From Fimbriosthenelais zetlandica (Eukaryota): a stretch of 64,000 nt of DNA. The position numbers and the translations under genes are program-made. Shown one piece after another: positions 53,094 to 64,000 of the stretch (within the stretch, counting starts at the first letter, position 1; each line of letters opens with the position of its first letter). The notes beneath the pieces are model-generated. The model was not told the origin of the DNA. It saw only the letters and a program-made list of their open reading frames with translations, and did not search any database. Where the stretch lies: the NCBI GenBank assembly GCA_977030845.1, contig OZ365114.1:15686001-15750000 (forward strand), given 5' to 3'.

Positions 53094-56000
53094 CATTGAT
53101 GCATATTTTAAAATGTTTTATACTCTCCTATATTTTCTCGAAATTGTTGGTAGGTCTTTAATACTCAACCCTTTGAATACGAATGTCGCGTTCCCTGAAA
53201 ATATTTGTTTGGAGACTAGCGTACTCCATTCATCAGTAAAGTATTTGATGCAGATTCATTGCAGGAAGATGACTGTGAACAGGCCACTGGTTGAAGTGAA
53301 CATTCCATTATTGACTCTGTTTGCTTCACCTACACATACTGAAGGCACAAATTTGCCCAGCAAACAACTGAGTAATGGTGATAAACAAGTGATTTCCCAA
53401 TGAGACACTCCCCTTCTTGTCTGGCATCCCAATGTACCATTTTCTGATTTTTGTCGAGTTTCGTTCCGAGTTATTTTAAAGATTAATTTCAAACGGAATG
53501 CTTTCTTCACAACTGTTGAAACACGGGATATTACTTCTTTGTCTGGAGAAGTTTAATACCTGGAGGATGCAAGGCAATATGCAAGATCGCTTTCCCTTTC
53601 CTGGCCAATAAGCATCATTTGAACTCAATATCCAGCAATCACCCTTGACAGCATTTTCAAATTGGAAATGGCCTGTGACAATTTTTGGGAAAGAACTTTT
53701 AAAATCGTCTTTCCTACATCATATTAAGAGGAACTGTACCTTTTTTTCTATGTATCATCAATATATATATGGAACCGCAAAAATTTTGGTTTTGCACATC
53801 GTGAAGTAGTGTCCTCGTTGCCGCGGAGGTGTGGGTGGGGGTTGTGTGTGTGGGCGGGTGAGATGATTGGTGGGTATTGGTATGTGAAGAAGAAAGGGTT
53901 TCCCTATAGGATTTCCCTATGTAACAAATGTGACAGGCGAATAGTAGGGAATAAACTCAGCCGTTTCTCATTCCCCCTGTTGTAGGCCTATAACTGCATC
54001 TGTTACAGAAAAAATCGCAGGGAAAAGCCTGCGAAAGTTGCAGCGAGCACTCACTGGGCCTGCAGTGAGAGAAAACGCCGTGATAGCAAATCCATGCAGC
54101 TCGAGAAACAGTGGAGCAGCTGTTGAAACCTCTCGCTGGCTCAAGTGTTGCGACAGATTTTTTTGGCAAGCTGAAGCCAGCTAACCCTCGCAGGGGTCAT
54201 AGCAGGATTTTTCCGGCGATCTTTTTCCTGTGACAGATGTATAGTGAAAATTGGCCGCATTTTATACAAGGGGACTCTGACTGAAAGGTTTTTCACGAAG
54301 ACGTCATCTTCCATCGGACACTGGATATGCCGTTCTGGGGTCCCCTTGCTGGAATAAAAGATTGACATTCCACCAGAAATAACAGGGTCTTTATCCTGAC
54401 TGCCATTTCCACCCCTAACCCGGTGCTATCAATTTTTCTCAAAGACTCCACAGTCGAATGTAATCGGTTACCACAGAGGATAGACCCCTCCAGCGGCTCT
54501 GATTTAAAGTAAATCCATTGGAATGGCGGCGTAACAAATTGAAATACGGTAGATGCCTTGCTGAGTCTTATTCAATAGGGGAAAAAAGGCTGGAGGAATG
54601 GTGTGGGGTGGTGGACTAGTGGAGGGGGGATAGCTCGTTGTCGATGGGCATTACCATCAGGGCTCCATGCCAGCATCCAAAAGGCTGTTCAACCAAGCAC
54701 TTTGATCACTTCCGGTTTTCTGCTTGGCTGGCGACCAATGAGATTGCAGGTGTATATTCAAGGGCTAGATTCGATTATCGTGTATGTATGAAAACTTGGA
54801 AGAGAAACACAGTCTTGCCTAAGGGGAAGTTGTCTGTCCATTCCTATTAGATTTTTATGGGTCCTCTGAAGAAAAATGCAATGATATAAAAGTGGGAACT
54901 TTCCCCCCTGCATCCTTTTGGCAGGGAGTGGCCTATGTTTTGAAGCGATACTGAACTAAATCGTTGAGGTATGGAGAAATTGACTGGGCGAGTCAAATGG
55001 GTGGAATATGATAAGCTTTATTTCATGTCTAGGAACCGTACCTCCTCCAAGGTACCAAATAAAGCTGATTAGAAATCATTGAATGGCGGCATTCTAAAGA
55101 TTATTTCAATGTCTTTTAAGAGTCTCCGATGAACAATAGAACTTTAATCACCATTGGCATAATGTTTTAATTTCATGTCTCCGACACATACGAAGAATGT
55201 AATGTATGGAGAGTTCACCATATTGAATTCAGACATATAGTAACCTCAGAATCACTATTCTATTTTAATACATGGAACACTTTACAAAGTGTTCCATTAG
55301 AAGGATTTTCTCCCTTTTTAGATCTTCCAAATTACTCTTTTCACTTGTTAATGGCTAACAGGCTTCCATCCCCATTGAGTAGTATAGCAAAAAATCTAAC
55401 ATCACCACAATAGCCTAATTGAATCAATTCAACAGCATTGTATGTATAAACTTATTGACGCGGACCTTGTTGAATGATTCATCAGGAGTTCCAATTAGTG
55501 AGTCTTCAAACAAAGCCTCCTACATACGATGACATTATGAAAACCTTTAGATACAACGTTTTACTCGTCGGAAAAATATTTAGACATACAAAATATTTTC
55601 TTTCATATTTCTTTTTCCAAAAGAAGCACGGACATCCAACTGTCGAACCTAATATGTCGTAGAGCTGAAATAAAGGCAGCCTTTTCAAGTTAAGTTAAAA
55701 ACACGCTCTGTGATGATGATGACATTGGAAAAAAAGATATTGTGGAAAAGTCCAGTTTACAAGTTCTTTGATAGTTGGGGCTGATTGCCTTGACAACTCA
55801 TGCAATGTATGGGAGTTTGCGGCTAATAATGCAGGCACATTTCCCAGTCGTCGGATGGTAATACAAAACGACCAGCTCTCGTAGCTCCTTCTGTTCCTCC
55901 TCGAGAAGGAAAGGACAAATGAGCTACTCTTGTCCTCTTTAATGGCTTTGAACACGAAGCTTCAAGTCTGTTGTCTTGAAGCTTATACATTTATACATTC

Positions 56001-56803
56001 TTTATACTGAATGCAGTCATTTCTGTAAAAAATAATATATCCTCTATCAAGAGTAAATGATGTGAAGAAACATTACTTGCTATAGGAAGTGCAGAATACT
56101 TGGGCTTTGTCTGCTGACATCTGGAATGCATTATCTGAACATAATGAACAAATCTTGCAGCTCCTGGTTTAAATGCTAGCATTTATATGATGTTCACAGT
56201 AATGAAATATCATATATACCTTCAGCATAATTTGTAGTCGTTCGGCTCAGCATGGAATATTGTCTAGGAGAGCATATAACCCCTCGTTTATCTGTCATTT
56301 ATCGTTCAGTCTGTTTTGATGCAGGGATTAGGCGTTATAATGCTTTATATGGCTGGCCGTATATATATATAGACAAGATAGTGATAGCGAAACTGCATTG
56401 GCCTTTTTGACAGACCCGTGAGCTAATGTAGACTCTACTGAATACCAATAGACTGACCCGCTGACCAGTCTTGCACGGCCAATATGGGGATGGAGCTTGG
56501 CTGGTCAGTTTTGATTAGCTCTGCTGGTCGGACGCTTGACCCTGGGAATATGACAAGACTGCAAAGCCTAGACCCTCGTGGTTAGGCTATGATGGCTGTA
56601 AATGATCGCCCCCATCCCAGATATAATCCTATCTAACAAAAAAGGAGAAAACAAAATGTTAGATCTATGTTTTGGTTGTTGTACTAGTTGAAAGTACTTC
56701 CACTGGGGAATCAATCTAAGTGCATTTCGAGGTTCTTTCTATTATATAGTTGGCCTTCCTCCTTCCCTTGCTTGCCCCGTGGCTCTCTCATATCCCCCCT
56801 CCA

Positions 56804-56842
56804 TCCCCTTTCTCTCTCTCTCTCCCTTTCCCTCCCTCTCCC
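56804..56842 (+). repeat. 39-nt pure pyrimidine tract with (TC)7
   Basis: Only C and T from 56804 to 56842. Confidence 0.9.
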
Positions 56843-59434
56843 ATTTTTTTTGGTCAAAATTGCGATAAGCACAGACATAACAAATGGAGACATGGTTTAG
56901 TGTGCTTACTGAGATGGACTAAGAAGATATTTTTCCAATTCAGATTTTTGGCTGTAATATTTTCACCAAATGCCTCTGCAGATTTCAGACTGTTTCGACA
57001 GATGATGGTCTTTTTGCAAACATACAAGTTTCCTTCCTGGCCATACCATCTTTCTTCACTTTAAATGAAAACTAAAGAAAGATAGTGGTGCAAGTGATTC
57101 TCGCAGACGATCCAAGCAGATGCTGTAATAGAACAAAGGAGATATTTCCCCAATTCAGTGGTGTTACATGATGGTTGGTCAAGGGGCCTCAGGCATAGAA
57201 GAGTGGGTGTTATGTGGCCATTGGAATGCCAAGCATGAACTGCTCTATTGCTGGCAATAGGTCAGTGTCAGTCTCATCCGTCAAGACAACAGATTATGAT
57301 AGGCACTTGTCACAGCTGTCCAGGCTAACACTGCCATGTCAAAAGCCAAGACACGTCCACCAGTCAAACAAGGGAGGCACTGCCAGGAATATTAACGAAC
57401 TCTAAATGTCAAATTCAGTCTAATCAGAACAATGATTGAATGGGGCTCAGACTTTATTGGATATCTTTATTCCCTCCTGCCTTTCTCGGGGTAATATATT
57501 TCATGTGTGGTCAATCCTTCATTCAACGCAAATGCCTTGGATTCTTGAAGGTGATGGCAGTCTCTTTTCAGCCAACCTGGATCTTTGCCTTATTTATGGC
57601 ACCTTTTATGTCTTCTGCCCTGTGGGTCGGACATAGACTTTACAAAGGTCTGAATTTGCATAATGTGCCAATTTTTTCATGGTTTGAAGGTGTCTTGAGG
57701 TTTCCTTTTGAGAATGAAGGCTTAGTAAAGCTTTAGACTAGCGTCTATTCATTTTCGAAGTTGAAGAGCAGCACTCAAAAGGGTGATGTGTTTCTGCACC
57801 AAGCTAGCCATGCTGGGAATGGCAAATTACCTTAATTTCAGCCTAGGCTGAGTGCAAAGTGACCAGGAATAGGGCATGTTTGAAAGCTTTTCTAGTCTTC
57901 ATTAAATACAAAATGGCCCCCGAGGCAGGGTCCTAACCACTTTACCCAAAGACATGATCTTATTTTCTGCGCTGGTCTCTGAGCTTGAAATGCTTTGAGA
58001 GCCGCAATTCTCTGACTTTTATCGCGCAGAAAACAAAGCCACGTTATGTCTCGGCTGGCGCGAGACTTGAACCGCTGGACTTCCGGGGGTGTTTCTGGCA
58101 CTGCCCCCAAAGAGATGATGTCAATTATTGGCCAGGATGGGAAGGTCGAAGGCCAGCTGAATGATGGGACTTTGCCTTTAGGGAATATTCCCAGTTGGAG
58201 GGCCAACTCTGACAAGGTCTTTTATGAGAGGGTGACAAGTAGACAAATCTCTGGTCCCATCCTCCCCAGCACGATCCAGGGCTCTCTATTTGCTGAGGGA
58301 ACCAATAGAAAAAATAATTTTGTGCTTAAAAAAAGTCATCAAGGTAAGGTAAACATTTTCACAGTTGGTCTTGGGGGACTAAGAGAAGGCATCAAGAGAT
58401 GAAGGGTGGAATGCGGGAAAGAGGTGCTGCAAAAACACTAATGGAACTGACTTCAGAGCAACTGGAGTGTCGAGTCAAATAATCATCACTTAGTGATCTC
58501 AGAGATCTCCAACAACTTAATGGATTGTAACGTTTTGATGTTCGGTCCAGTTGGCTAAGAGGGTCATTGAAGCATGGAGTTCAGCCGGCCTGCACTAATT
58601 TTGGTTCTCGCTTGCTTTATTTGGCATTTAGCGAAAGCCGTATATGAACATTCTGCTGCAGGTCAATTAACTCCTAGTACTTCTCTGGAAGGTCATTAAA
58701 TGCTGCTTAGTTCCTTGGAGTCAGAAGGCCATTATAATTTAAGTGTTGCTCACGCGTATAAGAAATTGTTAATGTTCTCAGCTATTAAATCAAATCTGTC
58801 ATTTTCTTAAAATCGCCAGGTGCTACGTTTTAGTCACTTCAGTAAATAGGAGGAAAATCCAAGATATGTTGAAGGGAAACGAGGAAGCATACCATTACCA
58901 ATACACATGGTCGCACTGTATAAGCTGAACATCATCAAATGCCACACTATGTCATTCCATTTACCTCTTTTTCTCTGCTTATAACTCTCTGCTGTTTCTT
59001 AATATATGGAGTCATGGAGTAAAAAACCAGGTTAGTTAAAGCAGAAGGAATTTTTATATCCCTCTTTTCACACCCAGCACAAGCCGGCTTGAGTGATCAC
59101 ACTTGAATGATTGATAGAACAAGAGATACTGTGACAGGGATTTGGAGGCATACAGAACCTCATGTCTGCTTTTTACAACATATGTGCCACCATTCCTGTA
59201 TAGACCATTTAATCGGCTTGAGACAATAGCGTATGCCTGGAGCACTACAATCTGTCTTCCTAATTACAGAAAAACATTTCATATCTCAAGGAGTATGTGC
59301 CAAAGCCACACTCCACAGGGAACATCCCCTTGTCAAGCAGTAACAAACTCATTTGAAAGTATCTTTTCCCTCCAAAGCAGTTGAACATTTTTTTTATCAG
59401 TGAAAGATAAATTACTTAAAAACTGTATTTTAAC

Positions 59435-59488
59435 GGCGGTTCTTCAAGAACATAGAATGGGTGGGCGGTTCTTGAAGAGCATTGAATG
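59435..59488 (+). repeat. 25-bp tandem duplication (period 29)
   Basis: GGCGGTTCTTCAAGAACATAGAATG vs GGCGGTTCTTGAAGAGCATTGAATG, 22/25 identical. Confidence 0.85.
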
Positions 59489-60195
59489 AGTGGCTTTTGG
59501 AGAAGAGCGACATATCACTTCGAAATCTGGAGCCAGTGGTCGATTATGGGAACAATAATTCTGCCTAAAATCAATCTGAACATCTTACTTGAAATGGAAA
59601 TTAGCTGAAATGGACATTGCCCTAAAATGGCATCACGAACGTCTGTCTTTCTTTTATTAAGTACTTTTGAGTCTCATTAATTCAACAAATTAAATGCCTG
59701 TTTTCCTCCTTCGGTGAATAATGTAATTTCAGCAATTGAGATTAGAATTTAAGTCCATTTGGTAAAGAAGTCTAAATGCAATGGACAAAAAGGTTATGTT
59801 GTGCAACAAGGAAACATTTCATATATTTTTCTCTTCAGGTATTCATGCCAAGGCCGCACTATTTTGGTGTCCCTTCTTATTTACAGCAAGCCGCTTAGAA
59901 CTTCTTGGGCAAAGAATTGGGATTTCAAAACTCTTGCATCTACAGATGTAGTCAAAAACATTGTCGCTGCATCATGATTGTTCAGTGATGTGTTATGAAT
60001 GTATACTAAAAATGAAATATTCAGGAAGCAATTAGATTGACCTGTTGGGAATTATCCGAAGCAGCCTTAAGTGAATGTAGGCCTACATGACATTAGAATA
60101 GCATGTTTGTCTCATTCATTTCAATAAATGTCGGATTATAAAGTTCAATTGTGTCTTTGAAAAGTCTAAATATGGCCCATTTCTATATTTTCCAG

Positions 60196-60370
60196 ACACC
60201 CCATCCCCGATTACTACAGTATTACACTTGAAATATCGCGAGATCGGATCACAACAGCAGAAAATGTGGTCTGTGATTCTGATGATCCTAAAAAGTTCCC
60301 ATGCCCGTCACAATACAATAATGGCGACGAGTACCTCCATCGGTCTCTCAATGATGCCTGTCAAAAGATG
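60196..60370 (+). CDS. Candidate 175-nt internal exon (phase 2 to 0), unknown product; absent from the ORF track
   Basis: Acceptor TTTCTATATTTTCCAG, donor ATG|GTAAGT. Open frame HPIPDYYSITLEISRDRITTAENVVCDSDDPKKFPCPSQYNNGDEYLHRSLNDACQKM (58 codons). Confidence 0.4.
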
Positions 60371-60580
60371 GTAAGTAGAGAACCTCTCGTAAAACCAAGC
60401 TCCGAACTAACGGTCCAGTGACCAGGGCACGAAGTACCAGGACTCCGCAATCTCAATAACCAACAAAAGTCGATTGTAGAAGACAAATAGTTGAATAAGA
60501 AACGTTTCCTATTGTCAAAATATACCATGTACATTTTGGTTTCTCCATCTGTGTCAAATAGATGATATTTTAATTACTAG

Positions 60581-60689
60581 GTCTACATCCAAATTAGTAG
60601 ACATCCAAATTAGTAGATCTACATCCAAATTAGTAGACATCCAAATAAGTTGACATCCAAATTAGTAGATATCAAAATTAGTAGACATC
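60581..60689 (+). repeat. Tandem array of the 16-bp unit ACATCCAAATTAGTAG
   Basis: Copies at 60585, 60601, 60621 (after an ATCT insert), 60637 (2 mismatches), 60653, 60669 (2 mismatches) and a partial copy at 60685. Confidence 0.95.
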
Positions 60690-60708
60690 TGCTAAAACTG
60701 GCTGAAAA

Positions 60709-60757
60709 TTGCTAAAAGAAATTTGGTGTCTTTAGCAATTTTGCTAAAAGAAATTTG
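60709..60757 (+). repeat. 17-bp direct repeat with an internal inverted repeat
   Basis: TTGCTAAAAGAAATTTG at 60709-60725 and 60741-60757. TTAGCAA-TT-TTGCTAA (60732-60747) overlaps the second copy. Confidence 0.85.
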
Positions 60758-63700
60758 TGGCTAGAATTAGCCCAGCGAGGGTAGCATTCAGAAATAAAAC
60801 CCGAGCGAAAAACTAACAAACTGCTTAGATCATGAAATTGGCACTTCTTATTTTTAACATAACATACTCTATACATCTATAGAAATTCTTCATAGTTCAA
60901 ATTTGATGAAACGTAATATAATGTTTTACGACGCCATCCTTTCTCTAAGAAATGGCAGCCTTTTTAAAGATATTATATATAGGATCCATAATTATGGTAC
61001 AGACAGAGAGACATGTATGTCTGAAGATATTTTTTTTACAAATGGCTTGTCACATATTAAGCCAGATCTGTCATCCAGCTGTAACTTAGTCATATTATGT
61101 CTTCATTATTCTACACATCAGGTATACTAAATCAATGTAACCTTCTAGAAACAGTCATTATAGAATATTCTCCAAAGAGAATTGTTATACATATCACATC
61201 CATTTATATGTCTGCACAACACCATGAGCCTTTCTAAATGTATTTTTTAAAGGGATAATTATTTCAAATTGACCAAAAGAACACCTTTCCATTGGATTAA
61301 TCTTCCTCATGTGCAATTCTTTGATGTTTTAAAACCTAAGTCGTGAAAAAGGTATTTGCTGTGCAATTATCTTAATTCACTACTTATGTATCATTAACAC
61401 TGGATCCTATATCGATGGGAGGCATAACAACCTGATCATGTCGAAAACTTTCCATTCAATGTTCAGAGAAATATTACATCTCCTAAACTAGTCTGCTTTA
61501 TCATCTTTACGCTTGATTCTGATTTGAAAGAAAACACTGCCTCACTCCATTTTGGCTTCAGTGTTAATAACATCCCCTGCTCCTTTTTGGAGCGCCGCTG
61601 ATTTCCATCTTGTTTTTTTGCTCTTTTCCATCTCTCCCTCACAGGCAAAGGTATAGTAAGAGTAACTGATGACCAAGGAAAATGTTGAAAAATGTTATAT
61701 ATGTTGATGTTTTGTCCCTAGCGGTATTATTACCATCTAATACTATTTATAGATACAGAGGTGGGACTTATTAACTCGAATATGAGAGAGAGTGAGAAAT
61801 AAACCATAATATTAATACAAGGTTTGATGATCCATGTCTGGGGATAGGTTGCCAGCATGTATCAATGTCCATTAAGGCACCCAATAGTGTGTCCTGGATA
61901 TATATATATGATTTTCCCCTGTCACATACATGTATGATATGTTTTGTTAATTTGTCATTAAATAGTCTGCATATTATTAATCAGTAAAAGTTTAGTTTGT
62001 GCTGCAATTTTTCGAAGGCCAAATTCATTTTGCAGCGTCTTTTTATTATCATTTAGACTTTCAGTTGTGATTTGGAATTTCATGTGAAATATTGAGTAAC
62101 CGTGTCACACATTTCTGAACCCCACACTCAAATAGCCCATGCCACATATTATATTCGGTGTCTTGAAATTATTATATGCCCCAGTTCTAAACTAAAATAT
62201 GTATCGCCTCAAGCTGAAATTCCGGAATGTTGCAGAATTAGACTGAATCATCGACAATCTATTCAAATTTCCCATCAAAAACATCATGCAAGCGATTTCA
62301 TTAGGCAATTTTCTGTGTTTGGTCGGAATGCCGGTTATTTACTCAATATGAGCTCTTTATGAAAATGAAGATGGCTTATTTCATTATGAATTATTGCTTG
62401 GGGGGAAATTGGTTCTATTTGAATTCAAAAATGCTTCCTGTTTGAAGAAAACAACGCTGGAATTCGCCTTGAAGCCAACATAGTTTAGCTTATATGATTC
62501 CCTCGCATCCAGTCATTGGACTTTGTTTGTATTATTATTTTCCTTAGTCCATGTTGTATTACTCTCTTCCCTAAGAATGACTATTTTCTCTAATTTTGCG
62601 TCCATTTCATGATAAACATAGGATTATAATTCCAAAGGCCTGGTACGCAAATCACTTACAACTTTGTCACTGTAATAACCAAATATCTGAGGGGAATAGG
62701 ACACGCTCATAGCTTTTGGTCACACCTAATCTTCTGAACTGATTTTTGACTCTCATTTGATTAAATTGGAAAATAGATTATCAATGCTTCAAAGAAACGC
62801 ACTATTCATTTCCTTTCTCGTTTGCTGATCATGCTTTCATAAAATTTCTCTCAAACGTATACGGCCTTTACAATAGAAGCATAGACTACTAATATTTTAT
62901 CATACGCTATTTATATGCAGTATAAAATTTGCAGATTAGTAATTTGAAGATTATAAAACTAACATAAGTCAACATCTTAACGACAGAAAAGCTAAACCAT
63001 TTAAGGCTACTATTTTAATAGTTATGTGAATTGGATGCAAAATATGTTTATTATAATCATTCAGATATACCCCCATTATATGTTCTGCATAATATCGCTC
63101 CTGTAGACATTCCTAATGCAGTCCCAAGGACGTGCATGACATTTTGATATTTTCGGATAGAAAATTGAATTCTGCAGAGTAAATTACAAAGTATACTCCG
63201 AAATTCCTGAAGGTTTTTTAAGTGACCCTAGATTCATGAACTAGATAGTGCAATTCGGTCAATAATATTATCAAGAGGAAAATCCCTGCCACATGGCTAT
63301 AGTCTTATTTCTAAGACAACCTGTCTCTGTTACTTCCTCTTCCTCCCTTCGTTTTTATTGTAACAAGTGTCACCCTATTTTTCCATACATTTCCATATAT
63401 CTTTTCTCTCGGTTTGATCGGTGGGTTCGCTAGAAACTGACAGCGACATCATATGATTTAATAAATATATGCCACCTTTATCACTTACATGCAATGTCCA
63501 TACATGTACAGAAACATAACATCATCCCTTTGCTGCATATCCTATCAGGTCTTCTTTATCGCATAGTGCACCGATAAAGTGGTCAAATATAATTCATGAA
63601 GGTATCCTCCATGATCCTTTTGTCTATAATACCCTCTTCTCTTCTCAATGTGCACAGAATCTTCTTATCTCGATTTATTTGGCTGATTTATTAAGATATA

Positions 63701-64000
63701 CAATGGCAAATTTAGCAAGAATTCACATCAAATAATCATTAAAAGTATACTGCCTACATTCCTTTCAAAGTGAATAACCGAGTATAATTATATTTGGCAG
63801 CTATATCGGATATATCGAAGTTAGAAGACTATCTTTTTCGAAGTTTAACTATTTATCTGTAATGTTTAGATATTAGTCACTGACGCACTAGATCCCTTAT
63901 CTCTTTAAACAAAATCAATTGTTCTGTCCATCGTTTAGCATCAACAAAGGCCATAAGCCTGTTAAAGTCTTAGAATGATTATTAAGAAGGACATTTTTTT

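Noticed and set aside
58046-58402. 118-aa ORF as a gene
   Set aside because: No recognisable domain, promoter or splice context.
59054-59245. L2/CR1 RT C-terminal relic (SSRL...SRLVLG)
   Set aside because: The spacing is too long and the DYCN and QN motifs are missing.
60585-60689. CRISPR array
   Set aside because: The 16-bp units are directly adjacent with no unique spacers, are too short, and have no cas genes nearby.

Overview
AT-rich, gene-poor, eukaryote-type DNA. I see no operons, rRNA, true tRNA gene or CRISPR array. The longest ORF in the track is 159 aa and none is a recognisable full-length protein, so no gene symbols are given. Best-supported features: (1) a 5'-truncated tRNA-derived SINE with a V-SINE-like core and a perfect 13-bp target-site duplication (43354-43683); (2) a ~110-bp poly(A)-tailed retroposed fragment with a 10-bp flanking direct repeat (52963-53093); (3) a 16-bp tandem array plus 17-bp direct repeats (60581-60757); (4) a 22-bp perfect palindrome within a duplicated inverted-repeat cassette (34961-35049); (5) a palindrome- and CCAAT-rich promoter/origin-like module in the first ~1 kb; (6) three + strand candidate exons with strong splice signals (9319-9375, 50283-50559, 60196-60370) whose phases join into one open frame. 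Several short, broken peptide resemblances to transposon proteins (pPolB, Gypsy integrase, RNase H) are low confidence and come from recalled motifs, not searches. The sequence style appears to shift between lineages, so a mosaic or synthetic origin cannot be excluded. I found no convincing novel multi-gene system.
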